From: Eledone cirrhosa
Taxonomy: Eukaryota
Assembly (NCBI GenBank): GCA_964016885.1
Contig: OZ024740.1
Coordinates: 229,772,001 to 229,836,000 of the forward strand
Direction of reading: 5' to 3'
Length of the DNA stretch: 64,000 bases
Under the pieces are notes generated by a model. That model was not told where the DNA came from, searched no databases, and saw only the letters and a program-made list of their open reading frames with translations. Each line of letters opens with the position of its first letter. Position 1 is the stretch's first letter. Position numbers and translations under genes: made by a program. Shown here piece by piece: positions 12,930 to 25,882 of this stretch.

Positions 12930-13867
12930 CATATATATAAAGATATGTATGTATGCCTATGTATGTATACATATATACAAAAATAAGATGGCCTCTCCCG
13001 TCGAAAATAACGTATGAAAGTTCAGCTGTTTCATCAACTGAATGACATACTCATTAGATTAGCGTGTCTATGGAATTAGTATTCCACAGCCCTGCGTACT
13101 CTTATTGGCGTCTCGAGTGAAATTGGTATAAAATAGTGTGGCAAGGTTGCACATTTTCACTTACTGGGCTTCCATACAGTTTCTGTCTTCACAATTTAAC
13201 TCGCATGTCTTGTGTCTACCAGGGGCTCTGGTGAAAGACATTTATCCAAATCGAACCACAGACCTCGTAAATTAATTGGCCAGGTTTCAATATAAAGTCG
13301 GCCATTCCTCATTCAGGCATTTCAAAATAGGTTTTTTCTTTCTTTTTACATGTTCGAAAGAGATTTGCTGAGATCAATTTTGCCTTTCATACATTCCAGG
13401 TCGATAAAATAAGTACCAGTCAAAAAATAGCGTCGATTCTTCTTCTATATCTCTTTCTCCCTTCCATTCTCTCACAGTCTACCCTTCTGCGGAAGAAATC
13501 TACCATATTCAGACATGGAGAGGAAATGGACTCGGCCAGGTTTTAAAAAAATGGCATAGAAACGTTGCATGTCGAAACGGCGCCTCCACGACTCCCTCAG
13601 GTGTTACGGGCACATTCATACAAGAGATTTGTATAGGCAATATAGAACATTTGATAGATTATCTTGTAGTATTCGTTGTAAGTCTTGTACGATCTGAGTT
13701 CAAATCTCACCCGGCTCAAATTTCCCTTTCATCCTCCAGGGGCAATAAAATAAAATAAAGTACAATGCTAGGGTTCGATTCTCTCTCCCTGTGTCTCTCT
13801 TGCTCTGTTTCTCTTTCTTACTCCCCCAGTCAGTCTCTTTCACTCACTCTGTGTCTCTCACACAAAC

Positions 13868-13956
<89 letters not shown>

Positions 13957-14322
13957 CTCTCTCTGTCTTGCTCGCTCTATTTTGAGAATAAATCGCCTAT
14001 ATTTCAGACATAGAGAGGGATGGGCTCAGTCAGGTTTCGAATCCGTAAGTAACGATGCCGCCCCTATAACCTTGTCATAAGTTAAGGCCGCTTGCATGCA
14101 CGCATGCAAAAGATTTTCAAGAAGGAAAAAAACATATAGTCTCTCAGATAGTCTTTCCATTAGACTTTTAACCAGGAGAGACCCCTATGACGTGTGGGTG
14201 CTAGCTTTGTACATTCCATCGTGTTAACACCAATGAAACTGGCATAAACTCTGGTCTGATGAGTTTCTGGGCTTCGTACATACTTTAGCGTCAAATCAAC
14301 ATGTATAGTGAAAGCTGTAATT

Positions 14323-15068
14323 CAAAGGTTCTCAACGGGAGGCATATGCACCCCCGGTGGGCGTTTCGGAACTCCAGGGGGGCGATTGGGAGCAAGGTCA
14401 CGTTAGGGGGCCGTTTGGAGCTGGGGGAGGGGAGTTTAGGGGGCGCTAGAAGGCTCTTTATTTTGGTAAGTTTTATAAGCCATATTTGTATGTCTTTGAG
14501 ACAGCCAGTGTGAATGCATTTGAATGAGCTTGCAGACAGCATAACTATAGTCTGACCGTAGCTGTGAGCAGGTGTGCAGGCATGTCCGGTAATTGAGACG
14601 TTAGCCGGTAATTGAGATCCTAAAAATGAAAAAACCCACAGTCAACTGGGTCAAAGACACTTTGAGCTCAGCCAGTTAGAATCTTATCTTTCCTTCACCG
14701 ATAACAATGTATTTCATGTCTGAAATTATTGACTCAACCGTAACGAGTTAACACTATGTAGATCTATTTTATTTCCTATTGTATAAATAATATTACAAAT
14801 AAAAAAAAGAAAAGAAAAAACAGAAGCGAGTAGCACACACATCTAGGACCACATACAACACATAATCAGATAATACACACATCTAGAACCACATACAACA
14901 CAATCAGATAATACACACATCTTTGGAATATTGTTAATCAATTTTTTAGTAATCTACTGATATAAAAATCAGTAGTATATTGAAAAATGGAAAAATAGGG
15001 GGGGGGGGCGTTTCGTGATTTCGAGGGACAAAACGGGGCGTTTGGCCTAAATGGGTTGAGAACCTGTG
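14323..15068. mobile_element. Non-autonomous hAT DNA transposon
   Basis: TIRs caaaggttctcaac / gttgagaacctgtg; exact 8-bp TSD ctgtaatt (14315-14322, 15069-15076). Confidence 0.85.
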
Positions 15069-15464
15069 CTGTAATTCAAGATATTTCTTCATGTGTGTAA
15101 CGATTTTATTCTTCATAGTTAGTTAATGGTCTGTCTAAGGAGGATTTCGAGATCTATGTACTAAGAGAACACTATAAAGTGTCTTTACATTTTATTATTT
15201 TCACAGTGAGTTTTTAAATCCAAAGTCTGTAGTTATATCGATATTAAATTTATCTTAAAACTTCTAATATACTCCGTATTCTGCATAAATATTTATAAGT
15301 TAATTAACTACACTTCCAAATGAATGCAAGTCATGCAAATTAGACCGATATACAATTCCTCTGGAGGGAAACATGAGGGTAGTTATCTACTAACGATGAG
15401 ATAATACTATCTGAAACACCTAAAGGTAATTCCTTGTCTTTTATTTATTATACGGAGGAAATCA

Positions 15465-15670
15465 TTATTTCTGCTTTAAGCACAAGGCCAGCAATTTGAA
15501 AGTCGATTAAATCGACACAAGTGCGTTACTGATGATTTATTTTACCGCCACGCTAAGGATGAAAGGAAAAGATAATCTCGGCGGGATTTGATATTAGAAT
15601 GTAAATGGCCGTTACTATATGTCACAAAATATGATGTCCGACGCTCTACCAGTTACTGCCAATCCACCAT
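15465..15670 (-). mobile_element. tRNA-derived SINE (family A), diverged
   Basis: cacaaggccagcaat...aaggatgaaagg...ctcggcgggatttga...ctgccaatccacc. Confidence 0.75.
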
Positions 15671-15794
15671 TCTGATACTGAGGAAATAATAAAAACTGTG
15701 TTTACATAGATTTCTTTTCACAGCGAGGATACTATTTCAAAAACTATATTGTTATATCAACATTAATTTTATCCTAAATTCTTATATATATATA

Positions 15795-16650
15795 ATTCCA
15801 ATGCGTCCAGGTCTGTGTTTTTTTTTATCATTTATTTTGTTTTGACCTGTTTAGCTTGATTTGCTTTTTGGCTTAGGTGGTTGATGCCTTCTTGACCACT
15901 ATTTCAGTTTTGTATGGCGTCTTAACATATTGTTTAGCTCTGGTTTTTTTAACTATGGAGCGGTTGCCAGCGTTATTTCTGATTTTTGCGTTTCGTTTCG
16001 CCTTTTCTACCCGCCGAAATGCGATTCTCGCTAAATCTATATTTGTATTAATCTCCCGAGTCTTACAATTAACCTGTTAATAATTTTTATTGACAGGTTA
16101 ATTGTATAAGTTTATTTTAAAAACAACCTGGTTGAGAGCTTATTCGATTTGTGCTCTTTATGCAATTTTTTTGGCATGGAATACACATACTGAATTCATT
16201 TGCCAAAATCTGGGATTTTTACCTTTGTGAATTCCACATGTGCTTTTACTCGCCTTTGTGTCATTCACAAATTTGGTACAGAGCAAAATACCTGTTGATA
16301 ACGTGATATTCCTTGTTCGATCATTATACCTAAAGCTTATAATTTTAAGCAGACAGTATTTTGATTTAGGTGTCATAGAAACCCTGCATTTGGATTTTAA
16401 CATCAATTCCAATGGGTCCAGGTCTGTTTTTTTTTTATCATTTATTTTGTTTTGACCTGTTTAGCTTGATTTGCTTTTTGGCTTAAGTGGTTGATGCTTT
16501 CTTGACCACTATTTCAGTTTTGTATGGCGTCTTAACATATTGTTTAGCTCTGGTTTTTTTAACTATGGAGCGCTTGCCAGCATTATTTCTGATTTTCGCG
16601 TTTCGTTTCGCCTTTTCTACCCGCCGAAATGCGATTCTCGCTAAATCTAT
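15795..16650. mobile_element. Partial-tandem element: 245-bp near-identical direct repeats, possibly PLE pLTRs
   Basis: 15795-16040 and 16406-16650 nearly identical; intervening sequence weakly resembles a GIY-YIG C-terminus (LIILSRQYFDLGVIETLHLDFNINSNGS). Confidence 0.55.
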
Positions 16651-16829
16651 CTCTATATATATGTGTGTGTGTGTGTGTGCATGTGTGGCTGTGTATGTGT
16701 ACACACACACAGACACACACACATATATATATATATGCAAAAGGCAAACAGAAATAATAACAATGCAAACGACACAGTACAACGAAGAAATATATTATTA
16801 GTTTTGCGCTTGATGTAGAAGGAAAAGGG

Positions 16830-16865
16830 TCTCAACGTTTCGGACGATAGTCCTTCATCAGAAGA
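16830..16865 (-). ncRNA. Minimal type I hammerhead ribozyme
   Basis: Minus: tctt-CTGATGA-a-ggac-tatc-gtcc-GAAAC-GTT|gaga; loopless palindromic stem III (AACGTT); degenerate relatives at 44163-44198 (+) and ~53585-53622 (-). Confidence 0.75.
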
Positions 16866-17156
16866 ACGAATGAGAAATTAAAGAAGAAATAGAAAGATTG
16901 AGGAGATGGGCAGGACGGAAAAGAAAAAGAAAAATAACAGGTCCATTCATGTTGCCATCTCTTGAAAAACTGTTGATGCTGGCGTTTTGTGTTAGATAAT
17001 CTTATTTTAAAAGGCGGAGGTTGAGCACGTCTGTCTGAAAGGGAAAAAACGGTATGTATATAGAGTTGTATGCATGCGCGTGCGTATACGTGTATGGATT
17101 CTTCTTTTATACGTCTGTACGAATCTAAGAGGATATCTGTGTGTATATGTAAGTAA

Positions 17157-17159
<3 letters not shown>

Positions 17160-17189
<30 letters not shown>

Positions 17190-17395
17190 CGTAAATACGA
17201 AGCTGTGAGCAAAAGTATGTGTATATAAGGGAGTGCGTGTGTGTATGTGTGTGTGTGTGTGTGCTCGTAAATACGAAGCTGTGAGCAAAAGTATGTGTAT
17301 ATAAGGGAGTGCGTGTGTGTGTGTGTGTGTGTGTGTGCTCGTAAATACGAAGCTGTGAGCAAAAGTATGTGTATATAAGGGAGTGCGTGTGTGTG
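17160..17395. repeat. Minisatellite, 3 copies of ~72-bp unit
   Basis: ctcgtaaatacgaagctgtgagcaaaagtatgtgtatataagggagtgc + (GT)n, three times. Confidence 0.9.
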
Positions 17396-17835
17396 TACAG
17401 AGTAGTGAAGTTAAATGTAGAGGTGTGTGTGCGTTTTTTGTTGGTCTGTATAAGCTGTAATAGTGTATGTTTCTGACCATAACAGAGCCATAGGAACCTT
17501 GGGGTGAATGTACGGGCCAAGTCTGACAACGGACGGGGTAAATGTGAGAGTGGAGAGGGGTAGAGAATTGAGCACGAGTGTATGTGTGTAAGATTACAGA
17601 AATTGGGAAGTGGAGTTGAGTCCATTGAGGAAACTGGACCCAAGGCGGAAAATCAGACTCTGTTCTGTCCTTGTGCGCCAGGCCTGTGAACCGTGATGTA
17701 AAAGGACACAAAGGACCGGGGCATGTAAGGAAGAGTGGCCTGGAGAACGGAAATGACGAGCGACGGAGTATCCATACCGAGTCGTATGTCCCTCAAATGT
17801 TCAGCAAAACGGTCCGCCAAAAGGAGTCCTGTTCG

Positions 17836-17900
<65 letters not shown>

Positions 17901-17902
<2 letters not shown>

Positions 17903-18104
17903 AACGAGTAGGACCCCGACGGCTGAGCTCAAGTCGTTTCGACGGTTAATTCTGGACTAAATTTTTAGTCCAGAATTAGCCGTCGAAACGGCTTGAACTC
18001 AGCCGTCGGGGTCCTACTCGTTCCTATTACCCACTCTACTACCCTAAGTATTGAGTACTTTGGTGCGTTATGGTCCACCTGGTTCCTTACCACATTTCTT
18101 TCGT

Positions 18105-18105
<1 letters not shown>
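17901..18105. mobile_element. ~140-bp fold-back element in (TA)n (family B)
   Basis: ~60-bp inverted arms meeting at ctggact|agtccag plus a tail; copies at 44460, 44605, 47369, 50303 and a fragment at ~23418-23470. Confidence 0.85.
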
Positions 18106-18136
<31 letters not shown>

Positions 18137-18139
18137 TAT

Positions 18140-18515
18140 AAAATAAAGTTAAATAAAAGTCAAATGATTAAAATTTAGCTTCGTTTATTACTGCTATATA
18201 TATTTCAGTGACAGCCATCTTTGGCTGTGACCTCTTCAGGCAGTTTGAATTAGTATGGTATAGACAAGTACATATGTTGTTTAGGTGTATGATATTGTCA
18301 ATACTCTGATATTCCCAGTTCCTTGTTGGGTTGTTAATTCACTGGGGAACTGGAGTCATATAGCAGTAATAAACTAAGCTAAATTTTAATCATTTGACTT
18401 TTATTTAACTTTATTTTACACTACTCCGGAGTAACCAAACCAACCTGCGCACTTCGTCGAGTGCTCCAGCCTGCATACTGAGGTGTCGGTATACAACCAA
18501 CATAAACTCAAAATC
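18140..18515. mobile_element. Inverted copy of the 8133-8452 HHR element
   Basis: 18140-18359 reverse orientation, 18360-18515 forward; inverted overlap 18140-18197 / 18360-18416. Confidence 0.8.
18190..18244 (-). ncRNA. Type I hammerhead ribozyme
   Basis: Minus: actgc-CTGAAGA-ggtcacagcca/tggctgtcact-GAAA-tatat-ATA|gcagt. Confidence 0.8.
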
Positions 18516-18516
18516 T

Positions 18517-18570
<54 letters not shown>

Positions 18571-18756
18571 CACTGAGGGATATCAGTTAAGATAGCCTGA
18601 GCTCTTCAAACGTCAAAATAAACATTGAAAGTTACTAATAAACCTTTAAATTTGGAAAAATTCAATAATTCCCCCGAAAAAGATTTTCTCTTCGTGATAC
18701 AGGGAGCCGGTCTAAAGCGTGGTGCTGTGTCTTCGACGGCCAGCCCCTAGGGGAAA

Positions 18757-20823
18757 TTATTGGATTTCCGAGGTGTCCGACACCATCACGGTGATGTCGT
18801 CTGCATAAGCCGACACAACCCTTCCGTATCCCGGTTCAAGCTGGATGCCCTGCAATAGTTCCAGCTTCCGAAGTAGAGGCTCGAGAGTCAATGCGTACAG
18901 AAGGTGCCCCTTTGATGGACCGATCAGGAGATCTGAAACCGTTCCGTGAGGGGCCATTAACTTTGAGCACCGATGCAGATGCCGCTGTGCATTGCAGCCA
19001 TCCAGCCTCTGAAGACGGGGCCGAAGCCAGCTGCCTTGAGGACAGCCTCCAGGTACCGATGGTCGACCCTATCGAATGCTTTCGATTGATCTAAATTGAT
19101 CAGAGGCTCACCGAAGTCAGGTTCACACCATACCCTCTCTATGATGTATGGCATGAGGTGGAGGTTGTCGTGCATGAACCTGGTCGGGACTGCGGAAGTT
19201 TGCGCCTCCACAACCATATCCTCGACGACAAGCGCCAACCTCCTCCCTAACACCTTGGCCAAAATCTTAAGCAGAGTTATAGGCCTGAAGTTATCTAATA
19301 TGTCCCTTTTGTTTTCTTCTTTCCTTATCAGCGTCACTATGCCCCGGCTTACAGAACTAGGAATACCCCCCCCCCCCCGCAGTAGAGTGCTTTAAGGAGA
19401 TCAGAGAACAAGTCTGGCATATTTATTTAAGGCTCGTGGGTCAAACCATCCAAACCGGGTGACTTACGCCTAGTGCAGCCGACAAGGGCATCCTGAATTT
19501 CGGCTGAAGTAAGCGGCCTTTCGCAGCGCTCAGCGTTGGCTGTCGAGAGACGCAGTAAGCCGTCGAGGTAGGCACAGAAGTCCGTTACCCTCTCTGACCC
19601 ACCACTCTCCCCGAACAACCGAGCAAAGTGCTGGCGAAAGGCTTCACACATCCGCCTAGAATCGCTCAGCTCATGTCCGTCTCGGTCCGTCAAAGACCGA
19701 ATTGTGGTTTTATTACCGCGCTGCGCCTCCGCCACGCGGGCCCATCGAACAGCTTTGGTTCCCTCCTTTCTCAGAGCACGCTCCTTAATTCTGACAATGC
19801 AACCTTCCTGTTTCGCATTGAAGAAATAGTCTAATGCCATTCTCGCCACTATCACGTCAGTTGCAATGCCACTACAAATAGGCTCATTTAGCTTAGCTAC
19901 CAGCTCCCCCTACTTTCTATTTTTTTTCTAACGCTACATATATATATATATATTGATAAACCCTATCGAAATTACTCTAATCTCTCTTTTGAGAGCCCCC
20001 CACCCCACCTGTTGTTGATGACTTCCCCTGTCAACTTTTGCTTAACTAAATTGTTGACCCGGTCCCTATAAGCCTTACTTGCCGGAAACGACATGTTCAG
20101 CTTCCAGTAACCAAGTCCTAACCTACGCGTCTTGTCTAGGTCGACCATACAAATCACAAACTTGTGATCTGAATAGGCGGCCGTTTCAAAATGTGGACAG
20201 CCTACGCTATTCCTATCTATTGTCCTAATGAAGATCCTGTCCAAACACGATATATATAACCTTATGCGGTTTGTCCACGTCCACACTGGCGCATTAGGGA
20301 AATCTAGTCGGTACCTGTCAGACAGTTGGAACTGGCTGATCAGGCACTTGAGGCTTTTGCACCCCCCGCTCCAGTCAGCAACTTCCACACAGCCCCAGCA
20401 TGCGTCTAAGATGCTATACAGTCCTCCGCTAACAGTAAAGGGCGAGACGTACCCAGAAAGGCTTCCAGGCACCTAAAAAAGTCCGGCCTTCCGGCCCCGG
20501 TAGTCGAAAGGAACCCACTTCGCTATTGCTTACGTCAAGGATCCCCAACTTACCGTTCGAGTCCCGGAAGATCGACCTTACCTCGAGTCCAGGCCTTTCC
20601 GAAACAGTACTGCCATCCGACCCCCCATTCCCGGCCGATTGACAGATGTGAAGATCTGATAGTCGTCGAAAATGAGGGCTAGTGCGCGCTTGTTGGAAAT
20701 CCTGGTCTTGCTGACGGCAATCACATCCATCTCTAGAAACCTGAGGCCGTTGAGCAGGTGACCCTGTTTCCAGGGTGACCCCAGGCCACGAACATTTAAA
20801 CTTCCTACTCTTAATATGGCCAT
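18757..20823 (-). pseudogene. Tx1/L1-type LINE ORF2 (APE endonuclease + RT), degenerate, 3'-truncated
   Basis: GSLNVRGL, WTWTN..LDRIF, SDHK, GYWKLN, KSPGLDGL, NFRPITLL, LDQSKAFDRVDH, AYADDITV across frameshifted ORFs. Confidence 0.9.
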
Positions 20824-21086
20824 GTTGGTAGGCTAAATGAAAAAGGAAAGATTTACTTACCTCCCGGGGTCTTGTGGAGGTCGGGTGGTGTTTCGACCTC
20901 CATAGTTGGTGGGGTTTCTTTTGGGAACCCCTAATAATATATATATTGTCACAATAGGAATCTATTCATATGAGTACTGGACAGCGTGGTTAACTACACG
21001 TTAAACCAGTAGCATATCAATGAATAGAAAATTAGAAAATTACATCTCGATTCATCTGAAGAAAACGTGTAAAATGGTTATTATAT

Positions 21087-21714
21087 CATCATCATTATCA
21101 TGATCCGGCAGCCTCGGCCGAAATGGACTCAACAATTGATCTCCACATGGGTCTGTCGTTCATTGCCGTTGCTAAGTCCTGTATTTCAATACCAGAATCT
21201 CTGGAGGTGACAAAATAGGATAGTTTGGCCCCCTGTTATTAGTGACTGCTGTGGTTTCCAAAGTACTAATGGGGACACAGCCTCATAGGTGGCACGATGG
21301 CATATCAGATGTACAGGCAACAGCATCAAAGCAATCAATGGCAGTGATATCAAGCAAGTCGAGGATTTCAATTATCGTGGGTCCTGGATCAAAGATTCTA
21401 AGAAGGATTTTGCCACCATAAAGACCCAAGCATGGTCAGCTTGCAACAAGATGGATCGAGTTCGGCGCTCAAATCTTTCCAACCACACCAAGATCAGACT
21501 CTTCCAAGTAACAATTCAACCAATCTTGCTATATAGAAGTGAAACATGGATGCTTTCATCCAAACAACAAAAGCGCCTTGATGGTACTTACACTCGCCTG
21601 CCTTAACGCATTCAGAACATAAGCTGGCGACATCTGACTTTGAGAGAGATATATGCCGGCCTCTCACACATATCTGTCATTGTACGTAAAAGGAAAGTAA
21701 GATTTTCTGGTTAT
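21087..21714 (-). mobile_element. RTE-clade LINE 3' fragment with 5' inversion
   Basis: Plus segment ~21302-21714 (VEDFNYRGS..LLYRSETW..LDGTYTRL..RFSG) continues in minus segment 21301-21087 (CHRATYEAVSPLVLWKP..MNDRPMW + (TGA)n tail); TSD tggttattatat. Confidence 0.85.
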
Positions 21715-21800
21715 TATATAACTACCTTTGCATCTTTGAAATACGTATAATGAATTAGATAATAAAATGAAGATGTACGAATAAAACCACCTCTCTTATT

Positions 21801-21877
<77 letters not shown>

Positions 21878-22014
21878 GTTGTTAAACAATATTCGATGAT
21901 TATGTCAAAGAATGAGTTTTACAGTAGATTGGAAGCACTCAACGGAAAAAATAATTTTCAGGAGTTATTAATATTAAAATATAAGTATTAATAAAATAGA
22001 TTTTCTTTTGATCA

Positions 22015-22077
22015 ATTACATTTTATTATACATATTTCGGATGTACAACAGTACGTCCTCATCAGACAAAATATAAT
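22015..22077 (-). ncRNA. Type I hammerhead ribozyme
   Basis: Reverse-complement copy of 22259-22321. Confidence 0.85.
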
Positions 22078-22258
22078 GATACATGACATACCCTGAGATT
22101 TTAAATGGTTAAGATTTAATCAAGGTAGTGATTACCCGATAGACAATTTTATTTATATAATATCTGTGTGAGAGTGCGAACACGTAATGAATTCATTAGA
22201 GAATGTGTGAGTAAGAAAAAACGTTGCATACTTAACATCTCAGGGTATGTCATGTATC

Positions 22259-22321
22259 ATTATATTTTGTCTGATGAGGACGTACTGTTGTACATCCGAA
22301 ATATGTATAATAAAATGTAAT
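22259..22321 (+). ncRNA. Type I hammerhead ribozyme
   Basis: attatattttgt-CTGATGA-ggacgtac/gtacatcc-GAAA-tatgt-ATA|ataaaatgtaat; 12-bp stem I with two G-U pairs; cleavage after 22309. Confidence 0.85.
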
Positions 22322-22381
22322 TGATCAAAAGAATATCTATTTTATTAATACTTATATTTTAATATATATATATATATATAT

Positions 22382-22472
<91 letters not shown>

Positions 22473-23378
22473 TATTAGACATCTATATTTATATCCTACA
22501 CCTACGTACATTGAAACAATTATATGCTTTTATTCTCAGATTTAGAATATTTATAAGAATATGAATAATGGCGCATCAATGTAAAGGGGTTCTCTATTAC
22601 TTTCCGATATGGAATAAAAACAACAACAAAAAACACAAAAAAACAACAACAGAAAAACGAATAAAAAGCAACAATAAACATTTTAAAATCAAATAAAAAA
22701 AAAAGATATGATTTTGTATAAAATTATATAATAGTGCAGCGTCTGTTTAATTGCAACGGATTTAGTAACGGTTTCAGACTTGGCGCCTTAAGAAGAATTT
22801 CTTGTTGATACGGTTGGAATAGATAACGAAAGTTATGCTAGAGGTTCTTAGATAGAGATGATGAGGGAGGCGGAGGAGAAGGGACTCCGGCAGGCGGGAG
22901 TGGTAGTGAGAGTAGGCAGGAGACGGCAGCGGCGGGGGGGGGGTGACATGCGTTGGTTGGTTGGTTGGTTGGCTGGTGTTGGTGGTGGTGATGGTGATGG
23001 TGGCGGTGGTTGTGGGGGCGGGGAAGCGTTGGCTGGCTGGTTGGCTGGGTGGTGGTGGTGGTGGTGGTGATGGTGGTGGTTGTGGTATCGGGGGCAGGGG
23101 TGGGTTGGCTGGCTGGCTGACTGGCTGGTGGTGGTGGTGGCTGTGGTGGTGGTGGTAATGGGCGAGAGGGGGGGTGCAGGCGGAGAGGGAAACCGGCGAT
23201 TCACATTTAACAGGTAAACAAGATAGGTTTAAGCCATGTTTCTCTCACACCTGGAGAACACCCCAACCTTGCATCATTGCTTGCTTGCTGGATTGCTTGT
23301 TTGTTGGCTTGCTTCTAGGTTATATACACACACACAAACACGCACACACATGCATACATACATACATACATACATACA

Positions 23379-23414
<36 letters not shown>

Positions 23415-23464
23415 TCAGATAGGGTGTGGTAAAAACCAGCTAGACCATAACCCACCAGAGTACT

Positions 23465-23555
<91 letters not shown>

Positions 23556-23577
23556 CAAATATATATATACATATATG

Positions 23578-23661
<84 letters not shown>

Positions 23662-24207
23662 TATACATACATACATATATAGATGCATGCATGTATACAT
23701 ACATACATGGATGCATACATTCATGCATATATACATATACATACATACATACATACATACATACATACATACATACATACATACATACATGTGCATACAT
23801 ATGTACATACATACATATATACATACATAGATACATACATACATGCATACAAATATACATACACCCATGCATACATATATATACATACACACATGCATAC
23901 ATACATACATACAAACATACATACATATACATATATATATATATATATACATATCAGTTGAGTTAGAAGATGGGTCATATAAGTGAGGAATCAGTCAGCA
24001 GTCGAAAGTTCTTGTGATGATGATACATCCCAGATTCACCTTCTCAGCTTTCTGCTGTCTTTTTATCTCCAAAATGGAATGCCGACCCCCAGCTGGTGGT
24101 AGTCTAGTCATCTGGAGGACCATATAAGTCCTACTTCCTATCTTCGTCTCTACCCTACCATTTACTTCAATAAGATCCTCTATATATTTACATATTTTCC
24201 GGTTTTA

Positions 24208-24251
<44 letters not shown>

Positions 24252-24283
24252 ATCAGCCTGTAGGTTGAGGAAAAAGAGGAAGA

Positions 24284-24483
24284 NNNNNNNNNNNNNNNNN
24301 NNNNNNNNNNNNNNNNNNNNNNNNNNNNNNNNNNNNNNNNNNNNNNNNNNNNNNNNNNNNNNNNNNNNNNNNNNNNNNNNNNNNNNNNNNNNNNNNNNNN
24401 NNNNNNNNNNNNNNNNNNNNNNNNNNNNNNNNNNNNNNNNNNNNNNNNNNNNNNNNNNNNNNNNNNNNNNNNNNNNNNNNNNN
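24284..24483. other. Assembly gap (200 N)
   Basis: Run of N. Confidence 1.
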
Positions 24484-24939
24484 ATTGATAGTGTGTGTGA
24501 TGCATGTGTGTGTCTGAATGTTTTGTTTTGATGTTATCCGGCAATTGGCGAAATCAGGTGTGAAAGTATGTGTGTGTGTGTGTGTGTGTGTGTGAGTGTG
24601 TGTGTGCGTGCGTGCGTGTGTGTGTGTGTGTGTAGTGTGTGTTGTAGTGTGTGTGTGTGAGTGTGTTGTGTGTGTTGTTATACTTATGCGAGCGACGACA
24701 GAAAAAGTTGTGTGGATACATACATTATTTATATTTGTCTGTATTTCGTTACTACAACCATGTATGTATTACCTGCTTGCCCGTCCCGCTGTTTCTCTTT
24801 CCCTGTCTCTCTCTTCTCCTCTCTCCCCTCTCTCTCTCTCTTATATGATTGTGTGTGTGTGTAGTTTTCCTAATCTATCCTCTTCACTCTCTGTCTCTCT
24901 AAGAGGGTTGCCTTTTGAAAGTATGTATTACCTGCTGTC

Positions 24940-25470
24940 ATATACAGAGTGAAGAGAGACAGAGAGTAAAGCAGTTAAATTATAGAGAGGGTGAAAGAGG
25001 GAGAGTGAGAGAGACGACGCTCAGCTTTATAATATTAGAGAGTGAAGAGCGACAGAGAGAGTAAAACAGTTAAATTATAGAGAGGGGGAATGATCTATTA
25101 TAGAGAGAGGGAAGAGCGACGGAGAGAGTAAAGCTAAGAAGCCGTAGGGAGGTGTGTAGGATACATACGTGTTGACCGAATTTACATACGACGCTCATCT
25201 GTACGGAAAGTAAAAGAGTGTTGTCATATAGAGAGTGAAGAGAGACAGAGAGTAAAGCAGTTAAATTATAGAGAGGGTGAAAGAGAGAAGAGAGAGAGAT
25301 GAGAGAGAGAGAGTCGACGCTCAGCTTTATAATATTTGAGAGTGAAGAGCGACAGAGAAAGTAAAGCAGTTAAATTATAGAGAGGGGGAATGATCTATTA
25401 CAAAGAGAGGGAAGAGCGACGGAGAGAGTTAAGCTAAGAAACTATAGGGAGGTGTGTAGGATACATACAT
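24940..25470. repeat. Tandem duplication (~290-bp purine-rich unit)
   Basis: gagtgaagagagacagagagtaaagcagttaaattatag...ggaggtgtgtaggatacatac repeated twice. Confidence 0.8.
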
Positions 25471-25544
25471 AATACATACACGACACACTCAGCTTTACAA
25501 TATTATAGATGTATTATAATTATATATTGCAACTCTATCTAACT

Positions 25545-25750
25545 TACCCTCCGCTTCAGTGCCCCGGCCGACAGGATGGAGAATACATTGTCCAGGATGA
25601 CGGGAGGGAGACGCACTTCAAGAACCAGACCACCTCGTGGGGAAGTCAACTCCGATAGCAGTGAGTAGGGATGTGGTTCGGGGACCAAGAACGTCAGAAG
25701 TCTTCAATGCTACAGGCTCTACCGCGAATCTCTCAAAAAGCGGCCGATAG
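25545..25750 (-). mobile_element. CRE-like non-LTR 3' fragment
   Basis: Homologous to 6880-7130 and 62700-62895 (gacaggatggagaat.cattg.cc.gga.ga). Confidence 0.6.
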
Positions 25751-25882
25751 AGTTTCTAGGAAATTAAAGTAAGCTAAACTTGTTCAATGATTTAAGCAAC
25801 GAAGGGAGTTAACTCTGAACGTTTTTCTATGACTTCGTCAGTGGAAGTATAGTTTTTGCACTTCTTTTTTTAGATGGAAAAG

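Larger units (their letters stand above)
16735..17840 (-). mobile_element. 5'-truncated Penelope-like element (Neptune-like GIY-YIG C-terminus, 3' UTR, HHR pLTR)
   Basis: Minus 17810-17594: LADRFAEHLRDIRLGMDTP/VARHFRSPGHS..RTRTEQSLIFRLGSSFLNGLNSTSQFL*; HHR downstream; not present in the ORF track. Confidence 0.8.
21875..22365. mobile_element. Asymmetric fold-back HHR/pLTR element in (TA)n (relative at 51880-52075)
   Basis: Arms ~21970-22100 / ~22237-22365 almost perfectly complementary; tail 21875-21970. Confidence 0.85.

Noticed and set aside
18570-18620. Additional HHR-like remnants (also ~1217-1240, ~24000-24020, ~42675-42710)
   Set aside because: Only half of the core or several core mismatches; cannot be supported
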